This document shows positions 36,484 through 46,153 of a stretch of DNA of 64,000 nt, piece by piece (the first letter of the stretch is position 1; the number at the start of each line of letters is the position of its first letter). The DNA comes from an uncultured bacterium (GTDB lineage: Bacteria > Chlamydiota > Chlamydiia > Chlamydiales > SM23-39). A program made the translations under genes and the position numbers. Where the stretch lies: contig CAZXLK010000001.1 in the NCBI GenBank assembly GCA_964641775.1, forward strand, positions 144 to 64,143, written 5' to 3'. Below the pieces are notes generated by a model that saw only the letters and a program-made list of their open reading frames with translations, was not told where the DNA came from and did no database searches.

Positions 36484-37041
36484 TTATAAAAGGCCCATTC
36501 CGTAAACTACTGTAAATATAAAGATCCAAACAAAATCAAGAAAATGCCAAAAATAGGCCAATCTAAAAATTTGTGAATTTATATGGGTTGATAATGGCCT
36601 AAGAAAAAGATGAACCATGAGTATGGCCATCCAAAGAAGCCCGCAAAGAATATGAAGGCCATGCGTTCCAACCAATGTAAAAAAAGCTGATAAAAATGCG
36701 CTTCTTTGCCAGCTAGCATTGCGACCTATAAATTGGGCAAATTCGGAGAGTTCAATATAAAGAAACGAAAGTCCCAATAAAAATGTCACGAAAAACCAAA
36801 AAATGGCCGCACCCTTTTTTTGCCGAAAAATGGAAAAAGTGGCCAAAGAACAAGTAAAGCTACTCGTCAAGAGAATGAGTGTTTCTTGAACCACAGTTGG
36901 CATTTCAAAAAGATCATGAGCTGTTGGTCCTCCAAAGGCGCCATCTTTTAAAACGAGATAGGTTGCAAAAAGGGCTGCAAAAATGACAAGATCTGTCATT
37001 AAATAAACCCAAAAGCCAAAAACCCTTACGTCGTCTTCCAC
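36484..37041 (-). CDS. cyoC: cytochrome o-type quinol oxidase subunit III
   Basis: Contains FGFWVYLMTDLVIFAALFATY and TLVGTHGLHIL. Confidence 0.9.
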   Translation of the reverse strand: MEDDVRVFGFWVYLMTDLVIFAALFATYLVLKDGAFGGPTAHDLFEMPTVVQETLILLTSSFTCSLATFSIFRQKKGAAIFWFFVTFLLGLSFLYIELSEFAQFIGRNASWQRSAFLSAFFTLVGTHGLHILCGLLWMAILMVHLFLRPLSTHINSQIFRLAYFWHFLDFVWIFIFTVVYGMGLL

Positions 37042-38984
37042 TCATTCTCCAGTTTTTTCACCTCATCCGCTTCTATCTCATATTCCGTATTCTCATCGAA
37101 AGAGAGGATGATGAGACATGTAACTGCCCCAAAAATGGCTAAAAAGATCAGCCAATAAATATGCCAAACAATCCCAAAGCCAAATAGAAAAGCAAATCCT
37201 GAAATATAAATCCCCATACCGGTATTTTTGGGCATTTCAAAGGTTTCATATTTTTTCTCGGGCATCTTCCCTTCTTTTTTCCAAACCCAAAATTGTTCTC
37301 GAACACTCACATTCGGGATTTTCGCAAAGTTATAAAAAGGGGGCGGCGATGTAGTAGACCATTCCAAAGTTCTTCCATTCCAAGGATCATTGCCTGCAGG
37401 CTTTTTCTCTTTGAAGCTGATATAGATTTGATAAAGCTGGATCAAAAGCGCGCAGCATATAATGACAAATCCAATTAAAGAGGTCACAAATAGGGGCTGC
37501 CAACCCGTCTCCGACGTATAGTGATCAAGGCGTCTTGTTGCTCCCATAAATCCTAATAAATAGAGGGGAATGAAAGCGAAAAAATAACCAATGATCCAAA
37601 GCCAAAAGGCAATTTTTCCATAATGTTCATTCAGCAAAAAACCAAAGATTTTGGGAAACCAAAAGGTCATCCCTGCAAAAATCCCAAAGATCGCAGCTCC
37701 AATCACCATCGTGTGGAAGTGAGCTACTAAAAATAACGTATTGTGGACCTGAAAATCGGCAGGAGGCGCTGCCATTAAAACCCCTGCCATTCCCCCTATT
37801 GCAAAGACTGTGATAAATCCAATAAACCAAAGCATCGGAGTTGCAAAGATCACCTTGCCCTTAAACATCGTCAAAATCCAAACAAAGACCTGTACGCCCA
37901 TTGGAATGGCAATGAGCATAGTCACAATGCCAAAAAACGCGTTTACGCCGGCTCCTGATCCCATGGTGAAAAAATGATGGAGCCAAACTAAATAGGACAA
38001 AATGGTGATGAGAAGGATCGCTACAACCATCGAGGTATAGCTAAAAATCTTTTTCCCCGAGAAAGTAGAGACAATTTCAGAAAACATCCCAAAGGCAGGA
38101 ATGACTAAAATATAGACCTCCGGATGGCCCCACATCCAGATGAGATTGAAATACATCATCTGGTTGCCGCCAAATCCTGTTGTAAAAAAATGCATTCCAA
38201 AGAAACGATCCAGCCAAATGAGTGCTAAAGTGGCCGTCAAAACAGGAAATGCCGAAATAATCAAAATCATCGCAGAGAGAGCAGTCCAAGGGAAAAGAGG
38301 CATTTTCATGAGAGTCATTCCTGGGGCCCGTTTTTTCAAAATGGTAACCGCAAAATTAATCCCCGCAAGAAGGCTCCCCAAACCCGATAGCTGCAGGCTC
38401 CAAAGCATATAATCGACCCCTACTCCCGGATTGAATTCCAGCTCTGAGAGAGGGGCAATAGCAAGCCAGCCGGTATTCGAAAAATTGCCGCCGACCACAA
38501 AGAAAACATTCAAAAGGATTCCTCCGAAAATGGTAAGCCAAAACCCCAATGAATTTAAAAAAGGAAAGGCAAGATCGCGCGCTCCTATTTGAAGCGGGAT
38601 GATCCAATTCATAATGCCAAAGAAAAATCCCATCGTGACGAAAAAAACCATGATATCGCCATGCGATGTGAAGATTTCCTGAAAGTGGGTTGCGGTTAAA
38701 AAACCTTGGGAGTCTTTTGCAATAGACTGTTGAATCCAGATCATTCCGGCATCAATCATCCCTCGGAAAAACATAATGAGAGAAAAAATTACATACATCG
38801 TGCCGATTTTTTTCGGATCAGTCGATGTCAGCCATTCATTCCAAAGCCAGCCCCATCTCTTTTTTTTCGTAAGATACATCGCAATTGCGACGCCGGCTAC
38901 AATAATAAATACCGTCCCTCCCACTGTATACCAATGATGAGGAAGCGCTTCTTTCGTTAATTTTCCGAACCAAAAACTCATCAA
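37026..38984 (-). CDS. cyoB: cytochrome o-type quinol oxidase subunit I (heme-copper oxidase)
   Basis: 652 aa. Contains WMWGHPEVYILVIPAFG, HHFFTMG and VAHFHTMVIG. Confidence 0.95.
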   Translation of the reverse strand: MMSFWFGKLTKEALPHHWYTVGGTVFIIVAGVAIAMYLTKKKRWGWLWNEWLTSTDPKKIGTMYVIFSLIMFFRGMIDAGMIWIQQSIAKDSQGFLTATHFQEIFTSHGDIMVFFVTMGFFFGIMNWIIPLQIGARDLAFPFLNSLGFWLTIFGGILLNVFFVVGGNFSNTGWLAIAPLSELEFNPGVGVDYMLWSLQLSGLGSLLAGINFAVTILKKRAPGMTLMKMPLFPWTALSAMILIISAFPVLTATLALIWLDRFFGMHFFTTGFGGNQMMYFNLIWMWGHPEVYILVIPAFGMFSEIVSTFSGKKIFSYTSMVVAILLITILSYLVWLHHFFTMGSGAGVNAFFGIVTMLIAIPMGVQVFVWILTMFKGKVIFATPMLWFIGFITVFAIGGMAGVLMAAPPADFQVHNTLFLVAHFHTMVIGAAIFGIFAGMTFWFPKIFGFLLNEHYGKIAFWLWIIGYFFAFIPLYLLGFMGATRRLDHYTSETGWQPLFVTSLIGFVIICCALLIQLYQIYISFKEKKPAGNDPWNGRTLEWSTTSPPPFYNFAKIPNVSVREQFWVWKKEGKMPEKKYETFEMPKNTGMGIYISGFAFLFGFGIVWHIYWLIFLAIFGAVTCLIILSFDENTEYEIEADEVKKLENEWKTT

Positions 38985-39838
38985 TGCATCATGTATTTCA
39001 TTACGATATTATGAAATAAATTGTTTTCAACAGAAGAATAAAGGATCACCGGGTGATTTTGGGAGCGCTTGAGAAGGTCGTGATAGACGTTTTGTGTTAA
39101 TTGGAGAGGCGATTCTTTTACTTTTTTTACCCAATTTTCAAAATCTTCCTTGGAGCTTGATTTTACCTGGAAAGTCATGTCTGCATAGCCCTCTCCATTG
39201 ATTTCTGCAGCCCTTCCTCGATATTCCCCCGGTCCATCTGCCATAATGTGAAGAGGTGTAATCATCCCTGTCATCGCATAGATTTGCCCGCTAAGTTGTG
39301 GAATCCAAAAAGAGTTCATCGGAGAATCATCGGCAGCTAGTTCAAATTTGATAGGTTGCGCTGCAGGAATTTGGATGAAATTAATCGTTGCAATCCCCTC
39401 TTCGGGATAGATGAATAGCCACTTCCAATCAAGGGCTACAACTTGAATAATCAGAGGATCTTTGTCAGAAAGCGGCCTGTAAGGATCGAGCTCGTGGGTT
39501 TTATACCAGTTGATCACAATCATGATTGCAATGACAACTGCTACCGGAACCCAAATAGCCCATTCCCCTATTTTTCCCCAGGAGTGCTCCGGGTCATATT
39601 CCCCTTTTCCCTTTTCTGAATGATATTTCCAAGCAATTCGATAAAGAAAAAACAAGGTAGGAATCACGACCGCAAACATGATCCCATACAAAATCCCAAT
39701 GAGGTGGAGCTCTTTTCTTGCCATGATCCCTTTCGGATGAAAGGTCAGGGCACGTTCGTCATTTAGGACTAAAATGACAGCTAAAAGTCCTAAAAATATG
39801 GCAAGAACACCTACCCAGAATTTGAAAGAGCGTTGCAT
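38981..39838 (-). CDS. cyoA: cytochrome o-type quinol oxidase subunit II
   Basis: Two N-terminal TM segments. SPMNSFWIPQLSGQIYAMTGM matches the CyoA cupredoxin region, which lacks the CuA ligands. Confidence 0.85.
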   Translation of the reverse strand: MQRSFKFWVGVLAIFLGLLAVILVLNDERALTFHPKGIMARKELHLIGILYGIMFAVVIPTLFFLYRIAWKYHSEKGKGEYDPEHSWGKIGEWAIWVPVAVVIAIMIVINWYKTHELDPYRPLSDKDPLIIQVVALDWKWLFIYPEEGIATINFIQIPAAQPIKFELAADDSPMNSFWIPQLSGQIYAMTGMITPLHIMADGPGEYRGRAAEINGEGYADMTFQVKSSSKEDFENWVKKVKESPLQLTQNVYHDLLKRSQNHPVILYSSVENNLFHNIVMKYMMH

Positions 39839-40533
39839 TATCTGATTTCATAAACCAGTGATACGTTTGCTTCAAGAGAAACTTCTCCCGCCTCAATGGG
39901 GGGTGCTGCAGGTCCTGCAGCCTTTGCAAAACATGTAAGATTTAACTGAGGTGCTTTTATTTGCGTATGGCTAAGCGAAATCGAGAGAATCCGGACCAAC
40001 TCAACTCCAGTTGCTCTTGCCATTGTCTCAGCATTTCTCACAGCATTTTGCCCTGCTGCAAAAATCGCCTCATCCCAATAGTCTCTATTCTTACTCAATC
40101 CAAATCGAATATCACTGATGCTATTAGCTCCTGCCTGATTGGCTACATCGATCATTTCACCTGCCATATCGAGCTTCCCTGAATGGATCTGAATCGAATT
40201 AGTCACTTCATATCCATTGATCTCTTGCCTCCAATAAGGAGGAGGGTCTTTTGGTATCGGTGTATAGGTAGGCCGTATGGAAAACTGGCAGGTCTCATAA
40301 TCATCCTTTTCCAACCCAAGTTCTTCCAAATTGCCAATGATATCCCCCATCTTCGCGCTATTTTCCGTGAGAGCCTCTTCTGCCGTAAGCCCTAAAGTAA
40401 TGACCCCAATTTTCATTTGGATCTCATCTGCCGGCTTAGAAATGATCGCTGACGCACTTAAATTCAATTTAGGAACATCTTCCTTCCCAAAAACCGTCGT
40501 ACAACATGCAATGCAAACTAAAAGCCACTTCAT
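39838..40533 (-). CDS. SIMPL/DUF541 periplasmic protein
   Basis: The start MKWLLVCIACCTTVFG is preceded by GGAGGAGAA. GLTAEEALTENSAKMGDIIGNLEELGL is typical of SIMPL. Confidence 0.7.
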   Translation of the reverse strand: MKWLLVCIACCTTVFGKEDVPKLNLSASAIISKPADEIQMKIGVITLGLTAEEALTENSAKMGDIIGNLEELGLEKDDYETCQFSIRPTYTPIPKDPPPYWRQEINGYEVTNSIQIHSGKLDMAGEMIDVANQAGANSISDIRFGLSKNRDYWDEAIFAAGQNAVRNAETMARATGVELVRILSISLSHTQIKAPQLNLTCFAKAAGPAAPPIEAGEVSLEANVSLVYEIR

Positions 40534-40585
40534 TTCTCCTCCAAAATAGAACAAAAATTTTACCTCCCCAGTCATTTGAATGCAA

Positions 40586-40974
40586 GGGTGAAGATCCCGG
40601 TTCGTGTAAGTATTTGGGTGCCTAATTCCAAACTGTGTATTTGATCAGCGCAGAGAAAAAAAATAAAAAGAGTTAGAGAGTACGCAGAGAAGAAAAATTG
40701 GCTGCTTCGCAGCATGGAGTTAGAACGGCCAGGCCGGAGATTAGGAGTTGTGTATGAATAATCAATTGACTAATAAAATCATAACTAAGGTATTCGCCGA
40801 TTTGTTTTAGGAACCTCATTAACTCCGGCCTGGCCGATCTAACTCCTGCCGCTTTAGCGGCTATTTTTTTATCTCCGTGAACTCTCTAACTCCCTTTATT
40901 TTTCTCTGTGCTGATCAAATTCACAATTTGGGATCAAACACCCTTTTCATAACACAAACTGGGATCTACACCCC
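40586..40974 (+). mobile_element. internally deleted (MITE-like) derivative of the GxxExxY-gene palindromic element
   Basis: The ends GGGTGAAGATCCCGGTT.. and ..AACTGGGATCTACACCCC match those of the 55.7-kb element. It retains ATGAATAATCAATTGACTAATAAAATCATAACTAAG fused to the gene 3' end GTATTCGCCGATTTGTTTTAG. Confidence 0.75.
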
Positions 40975-41077
40975 TGTTAATTAAACAATTCTGTGAAAAT
41001 TTCTTTTGTGATTAATTTGGATTTGTTTTACAAAAATAAATCAACGAGTAATTTTAATAATTTAATGAAGGGAATAT

Positions 41078-42307
41078 ATGCTTAAAGACAGAATTAAAGT
41101 TAAAGAAAGAAATAGCTGCAGAGTTTGTGGCGGCAAATTGCAGGAAGTATTTGATTTAGGGCTACTTCCAATCTCATGTTTTCCTAAACCGGAAGATCCG
41201 AATCCCGAGTCTCATCCTGTAAAGCTTGCTTTCAACCAGCAATCAGGGCTTGTGCAGCTTTGCCACTCGGTGGATCCGGATGAAATGTATTCTGAATATT
41301 GGTACATGTCAGGCGTCAATCAAACAATGACTCTTGCCCTCATGTCTGTCGTCGATCAAGCAATGAAGCGAGCCCAAAAACTCACAAAAGGGGATGTGGT
41401 TGTAGATATTGCCAGCAATGACGGCACCCTTTTAGCAAACTATCCCGACTTCCTCTTCCGAGTTGGCATTGATCCTGCAAAAAACATCCGGCCGAAATGC
41501 TGCAATCTACATATCAATACCTATTTTAGTAAAGATGCCTACAAAAAAGAGCTTGGTTCAAAAAAAGCCAAAATCATCACTTCCATTGCGGTGTTTTATG
41601 ATTTGGAAGATCCCATTAGTTTTGCAAAAGATGTAAAAGAAATTCTCCATCCGGATGGTATTTGGGTGGTCGAGCTAAGTTATTTACCAACAATGCTTCA
41701 GAAAAATTCCTTTGATACGATTTGCGCCGAGCATCTGGAATATTATTCTCTTCAAGCTTTGGAAAATATCTTCTCGAAGGCTCATTTAAAAGTCGAAGAT
41801 GTAGAACTAAACGATGTAAATGGGGGAAGCATCCGCCTTTATATTCGACATGCGTCTTCTAAAGTGAAAGAGAGCGGGGCAGTAAAAAATCTCCGATATC
41901 GGGAAAAAAATCTCAAACTTACAGAGATTGAGACCTACATTGATTTTCGAGATCGGGTCAAAAATAATAAAAAAGAGATGATCGCCTTTTTAGAAGAGCA
42001 AAAATCGCTTGGCAAAAAGGTCATCGGTTATGGCGCATCGACTAAAGGCAATACAATCCTTGCCTACTATGGAATTGGACCTGATCTACTCCCCTATATC
42101 TGCGATCGCAATCCCATTAAATGGGGAAGACATACAGTCACCCGGATTCCCATCATTTCCGAAGATGAAGCAAGAAGAATGAACCCCGATTATTTCTTGG
42201 CACTCCCCTATCACTTCATGAGAGAGTTTCTAGCGAGAGAAAAAGAATTTCTCGCCGCAGGTGGAAAGTTTGTTTCCCCCATTCCTGAACTTACATTTTT
42301 TTCATAA
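41078..42307 (+). CDS. C-methyltransferase-like enzyme (NDP-sugar C-methyltransferase / TylCIII-like architecture)
   Basis: N-terminal Zn-ribbon CRVCGGKL, SAM motif VVDIASNDGTLL, and a C-terminal Rossmann-like GKKVIGYGASTKGNT. Confidence 0.75.
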   Translation: MLKDRIKVKERNSCRVCGGKLQEVFDLGLLPISCFPKPEDPNPESHPVKLAFNQQSGLVQLCHSVDPDEMYSEYWYMSGVNQTMTLALMSVVDQAMKRAQKLTKGDVVVDIASNDGTLLANYPDFLFRVGIDPAKNIRPKCCNLHINTYFSKDAYKKELGSKKAKIITSIAVFYDLEDPISFAKDVKEILHPDGIWVVELSYLPTMLQKNSFDTICAEHLEYYSLQALENIFSKAHLKVEDVELNDVNGGSIRLYIRHASSKVKESGAVKNLRYREKNLKLTEIETYIDFRDRVKNNKKEMIAFLEEQKSLGKKVIGYGASTKGNTILAYYGIGPDLLPYICDRNPIKWGRHTVTRIPIISEDEARRMNPDYFLALPYHFMREFLAREKEFLAAGGKFVSPIPELTFFS

Positions 42308-42322
42308 CAAGAGGTAATAATA

Positions 42323-43018
42323 ATGAAAAATTATTCAAAAACATTAGATACTTATGATTATGTAACAACAAAAGAAATTAACGGAATTGACCAGATAATT
42401 AATGCAATTATTTTTTCATCATTTAGACCATTTCATCAACATAGAAAATGGGAATATGGTATTTGCCTAAATGCTCTTCGTGAAAGTGGGGCAAAAACCG
42501 TATTGGATGTTGGCGGAACGGGCTCAATGTTTGCTGCTTGCGCCACTTTTCATGGAATGGATGTTACAGTTTTGGACCCTGATGCAGAGGGAGCATACTT
42601 TATTGAAAATCAAAACCGGGTTTTTAAAAGGGATGCTATTCGTTTTATCAATGAGGACTTTTTCCAATTTAAGACGGATCAAAAATATGACGCCGTTGTT
42701 TGCATTAGCACTTTGGAACACGTACCTAATGATTTTGCCTTCTTTAAACGGCTTTTGGGTTTAGTAAAAGATGACGGTTTAGTTTTCCTAACTATGGATT
42801 TTCATCCTAACGGAATGGTGCACGTCGATGGCCATCTTCGAACTTATAATCAAGAGAGGATAGAGACCCTCATAAACATCGCAAAACAAGAAGGTTTTGA
42901 GATTTTTGGCGAGTCTCCCGATTACACATGGAGAGCACCGGATGTCAATGGCTATACTTTTGCATCCCTTGCGCTTCGAAAAAAGGGTCATAATAGCGGA
43001 GATTTTTTTAAAGTTTGA
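42323..43018 (+). CDS. class I SAM-dependent methyltransferase (B-type domain of the array)
   Basis: Contains VLDVGGTGSMFA, DVTVLDPD and YDAVVCISTLEHV. Confidence 0.8.
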   Translation: MKNYSKTLDTYDYVTTKEINGIDQIINAIIFSSFRPFHQHRKWEYGICLNALRESGAKTVLDVGGTGSMFAACATFHGMDVTVLDPDAEGAYFIENQNRVFKRDAIRFINEDFFQFKTDQKYDAVVCISTLEHVPNDFAFFKRLLGLVKDDGLVFLTMDFHPNGMVHVDGHLRTYNQERIETLINIAKQEGFEIFGESPDYTWRAPDVNGYTFASLALRKKGHNSGDFFKV

Positions 43019-43032
43019 GAGGAAATAAATAT

Positions 43033-44367
43033 ATGTATTTAAAAGAAATTGAAGATCGGGTGTTGAATCTGCCCGAAAGAAAATTAAACTATCTCCATGC
43101 CTTAAAGGCTCATGGAGCAAGTAGAATCTGTGTCATCGGAGACGATGACACTTTTTTTTCTTTTGCTGCTGCATCCAATGGAATAGAGGTCACAGTGGTG
43201 CATCCTGATTCTGCCTTTGACAAGTACAATCTATTGATTGGCAGCCGTTTAATTACCTATACCCCCTTGGATCATTTAAAGAATAAATTCGATGCAGTAA
43301 TTTGCAATGATGCTGGGTGCCTGGAAGCTGCTTTAAGCCTTGTAAATGAAGGGGGGTTATTATTTACAAATAGCTCTATCCAAGATGATAGATTTGAGCC
43401 ATGTTCTTATCAATTGGGCATTTTTAAAAAAAGAAAAACACGGGACACACCCGTTGTTTTTTTTGTAAATCATAAAGCCCAGAATTGCGGCACTCATCAA
43501 TATGGTAAAAGAATTGCAAACATCATAAAAAATTCTCAAAAGTGTCAATTTGTGTATGTGGAGGCAGACACTGCAGATGAGTTTTTGCTTCAATATCAGA
43601 GATTTAAACCCAATGGAATTATCTACAATTTTCATTATCTTACAATGCAATGGCTGGAGTGCTCCCTTAGAGAACAAATTAAAAAACAAAAGGTTTTTCA
43701 AGCCTCTATCTTTCATGATCATGTCTTACATGACTTTGATCATTATATCCCGGTTGATCCAAATTTTCCCGAATCGGAGATCAGTTTTCAGAGCCCAAGG
43801 CCATTATTAGAATATGAAAACAAATTTCCTCTTTCCCAAATTCCTATCATCAATTGTTTTGGTTTTGGCTTTGGCAATAAGGGGCATATCAAATTAGCCC
43901 AATTAGTAAATCATCAATTTGATCAGGCCATTTTGAATTTTCATATCCCTGCAAATCAATTTTGCGACTCGCAAGGAATGCAAGCGAGAATGATTGCAAA
44001 TTATTGTCAAAGAGCCATTACAAAACAAGGGATCCAAATCCGTGTAAGCCATGCATTTATGCCGGAAAATGAACTGCTCGACTTTTTAGCAAAGGGCAGT
44101 TTGAATGCATTTTTATATGACGAACTCAATGGATGTGGATGTGCAAGCACCATTGATTATGCAATATCAGTAAAAAGACCTATTGCAATCACAAAGAGCC
44201 ATATGTTCCGCCATATTCGCGATGCAAAACCGAGCATTTGTGTGGAAGATCGGAGCCTCAAAGAAATTATGGCCTCCGGATTTGCCCCATTAGAGCCATA
44301 TTACGAAAAATGGAAACCTTCTAATTTGATTCAAGCCTATGAAAAAATAGTAAAAGAGCTTCTATAA
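43033..44367 (+). CDS. two-domain protein: degenerate Rossmann/MT-like N-domain + GT-B-like glycosyltransferase domain
   Basis: The start MYLKEIEDR is preceded by GAGAGGA. The N-domain has RICVIGDDD..FDAVICND. The C-domain has VVFFVNHKAQNCGTHQYGKR..INCFGFGFGNKGH..FLAKGSLNAFLYDE..RPIAITKS. Confidence 0.7.
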   Translation: MYLKEIEDRVLNLPERKLNYLHALKAHGASRICVIGDDDTFFSFAAASNGIEVTVVHPDSAFDKYNLLIGSRLITYTPLDHLKNKFDAVICNDAGCLEAALSLVNEGGLLFTNSSIQDDRFEPCSYQLGIFKKRKTRDTPVVFFVNHKAQNCGTHQYGKRIANIIKNSQKCQFVYVEADTADEFLLQYQRFKPNGIIYNFHYLTMQWLECSLREQIKKQKVFQASIFHDHVLHDFDHYIPVDPNFPESEISFQSPRPLLEYENKFPLSQIPIINCFGFGFGNKGHIKLAQLVNHQFDQAILNFHIPANQFCDSQGMQARMIANYCQRAITKQGIQIRVSHAFMPENELLDFLAKGSLNAFLYDELNGCGCASTIDYAISVKRPIAITKSHMFRHIRDAKPSICVEDRSLKEIMASGFAPLEPYYEKWKPSNLIQAYEKIVKELL

Positions 44368-44380
44368 AAAAAGGATCTAC

Positions 44381-45955
44381 ATGAAAACTTATTCAAAAAC
44401 TTTAAGTTTGCAGGATTATAAAGACATTCCTGAAATGAATTTTGTCACCTATATGAAAGATAGATTGCATGGCACATATCTTCCTTGTCATGAACATCGG
44501 AGTTGGCAATATGGTCTTTGTTTACATGCACTTAGAACTCACGGAGCAAAACGAATTTTAGAAGTAGGCGGCACCTATTCGATATTTGCTGCATCTGCTG
44601 CTTGGTTCGGCATGGATGTTACGGTTGTAGATCCGGATGGTGCGGGAGTCGAGCTCTTCGCAAGACAAAATATCATTCAGCAATTTCAAGAGCATCGCGT
44701 CCATTTAGTCCAGAAAGATTTTATGCACTATTGGACGAGAAAAAAATTCGATGCTGTGGTTTGTCATAGTCTTTTAGAACACATTGAAGATGATCATTCC
44801 TTTTTTCTCAGGCTACTCAATTTTGTAAGAGAGGGGGGCCTTCTCTATCTTACAGTTGATTTTCATGAAAGCGGTCTTGTTGTAGGGAGTCATTTAAGAT
44901 CCTATAACCAAGCAAGGCTTAATGATTTCATTCAAATTGCTCAAAAGTATGGTTTCGATTTATATGGAGGAGCGGCTGATTATTCTTTTCAGGGAGAATT
45001 TGCCTCTCTTGCTTTGATACGTAAAAAAACAAAACCCACGGTTTTACTTGTAAATCATAAACAAAAAAAACAATGCGGCGTCTTTCAATTTGGCAAACGG
45101 ATTGGGGATCTAATTACCCGCTCTCAAAAATGTAATTTTATCTATGTAGAGGCCGATTCTTTAGATGAATTTTTGCCCTACATCGATATCCATAAGCCTA
45201 GAGGAATCATTTACAATGTCAATTTGCAAAATCTTAGTTGGCTGAGTCAAGAAATAGTGAACCAGATCCGCTCTGCAGGAATTTTTCAAGGATGTATTTA
45301 TCATGAATTTATTATGAGGCTTTTTGATTTCTATATTCCGATGGATCCTGATTTACCGGATAGCGAAGTGAGTTTTAATATGCCGAGACCTCTCTTTGAA
45401 TATGAAAACCCCTATCCAATACCTACTATCCCTACAATCAATAGTTTTGGATTTGGCGATCCTCATAAAGGTTTTGATCTAGTTGCAAAAAAAGTAAATG
45501 ATGAATTTGATCACGCCATTTTAAATATCCATATGACATATAATGACTTTGATCCAAACGCCGTTGAAAAGGCGAACAAAATAGCTAATGCCTGTTATAG
45601 CAATATCACAAAAAAAGGGATTCAATGTAATATTACTAACTCTTTTATGACAGATGAAGAACTCCTTGATTTTCTGGCAAAAGGGAGCTTGAATGCTTTC
45701 TTTTATTACGATCTGCCCGGAAGAACCATTTCTAGCGTAATTGATTTTGCCTTATCAGTGAAAAGGCCAATTGCAATCAGAAAAAGTTATATGGATCGGC
45801 ATGTGTTGAATACAAACCCCAGCATCTGCATCGAGGATCGCAGTCTCAAAGAGATTCTGAATTCAGGCACTCCCCCCCTAGAGCCTTATTACAAAAAATG
45901 GAACTTCTCAAAAACCATCGAAGCTTACGAGAGAGTAGTAGAAAGCTTTATTTAA
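44381..45955 (+). CDS. fusion protein: B-type SAM methyltransferase + GT-B-like glycosyltransferase domain
   Basis: The N-terminal part parallels 42323..43018 (ILEVGGTYSIFAASAAWFGMDVTVVDPD). The C-terminal part parallels 43033..44367 (VLLVNHKQKKQCGVFQFGKR..INSFGFGDPHKG..FLAKGSLNAFFYY). Confidence 0.75.
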   Translation: MKTYSKTLSLQDYKDIPEMNFVTYMKDRLHGTYLPCHEHRSWQYGLCLHALRTHGAKRILEVGGTYSIFAASAAWFGMDVTVVDPDGAGVELFARQNIIQQFQEHRVHLVQKDFMHYWTRKKFDAVVCHSLLEHIEDDHSFFLRLLNFVREGGLLYLTVDFHESGLVVGSHLRSYNQARLNDFIQIAQKYGFDLYGGAADYSFQGEFASLALIRKKTKPTVLLVNHKQKKQCGVFQFGKRIGDLITRSQKCNFIYVEADSLDEFLPYIDIHKPRGIIYNVNLQNLSWLSQEIVNQIRSAGIFQGCIYHEFIMRLFDFYIPMDPDLPDSEVSFNMPRPLFEYENPYPIPTIPTINSFGFGDPHKGFDLVAKKVNDEFDHAILNIHMTYNDFDPNAVEKANKIANACYSNITKKGIQCNITNSFMTDEELLDFLAKGSLNAFFYYDLPGRTISSVIDFALSVKRPIAIRKSYMDRHVLNTNPSICIEDRSLKEILNSGTPPLEPYYKKWNFSKTIEAYERVVESFI

Positions 45956-45959
45956 CAAA

Positions 45960-46124
45960 GAGGTTGTGAAAAAATGGTTACTCATTCGCTTTTGGTAAAT
46001 TTTTGGCCCTTTTTCCGCTTTAGCCTTCGACCAACTCTATTCGAGTTGGCCTTAAGCTTGCATCGAAAAAATTGCAGAAAAATTTAAGCAAAATCGATGG
46101 GCGCCCCCATTTTTTCACAACCTC
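45960..46124. repeat. 165-bp intergenic element bounded by perfect 18-bp inverted repeats
   Basis: GAGGTTGTGAAAAAATGG at 45960-45977 and CCATTTTTTCACAACCTC at 46107-46124 were read directly. An inner small hairpin is CCAACTC/GAGTTGG. Confidence 0.7.
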
Positions 46125-46153
46125 AAAGTCTTCGGGGACCCGTGCGGTCCCCT

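Noticed and set aside
40576-41077. Possible tRNA or small RNA gene in the long intergenic region before the C-methyltransferase gene
   Set aside because: The structured part is fully explained by the MITE-like GxxExxY-element derivative. The remainder is AT-rich, promoter-like DNA with no cloverleaf-compatible sequence.
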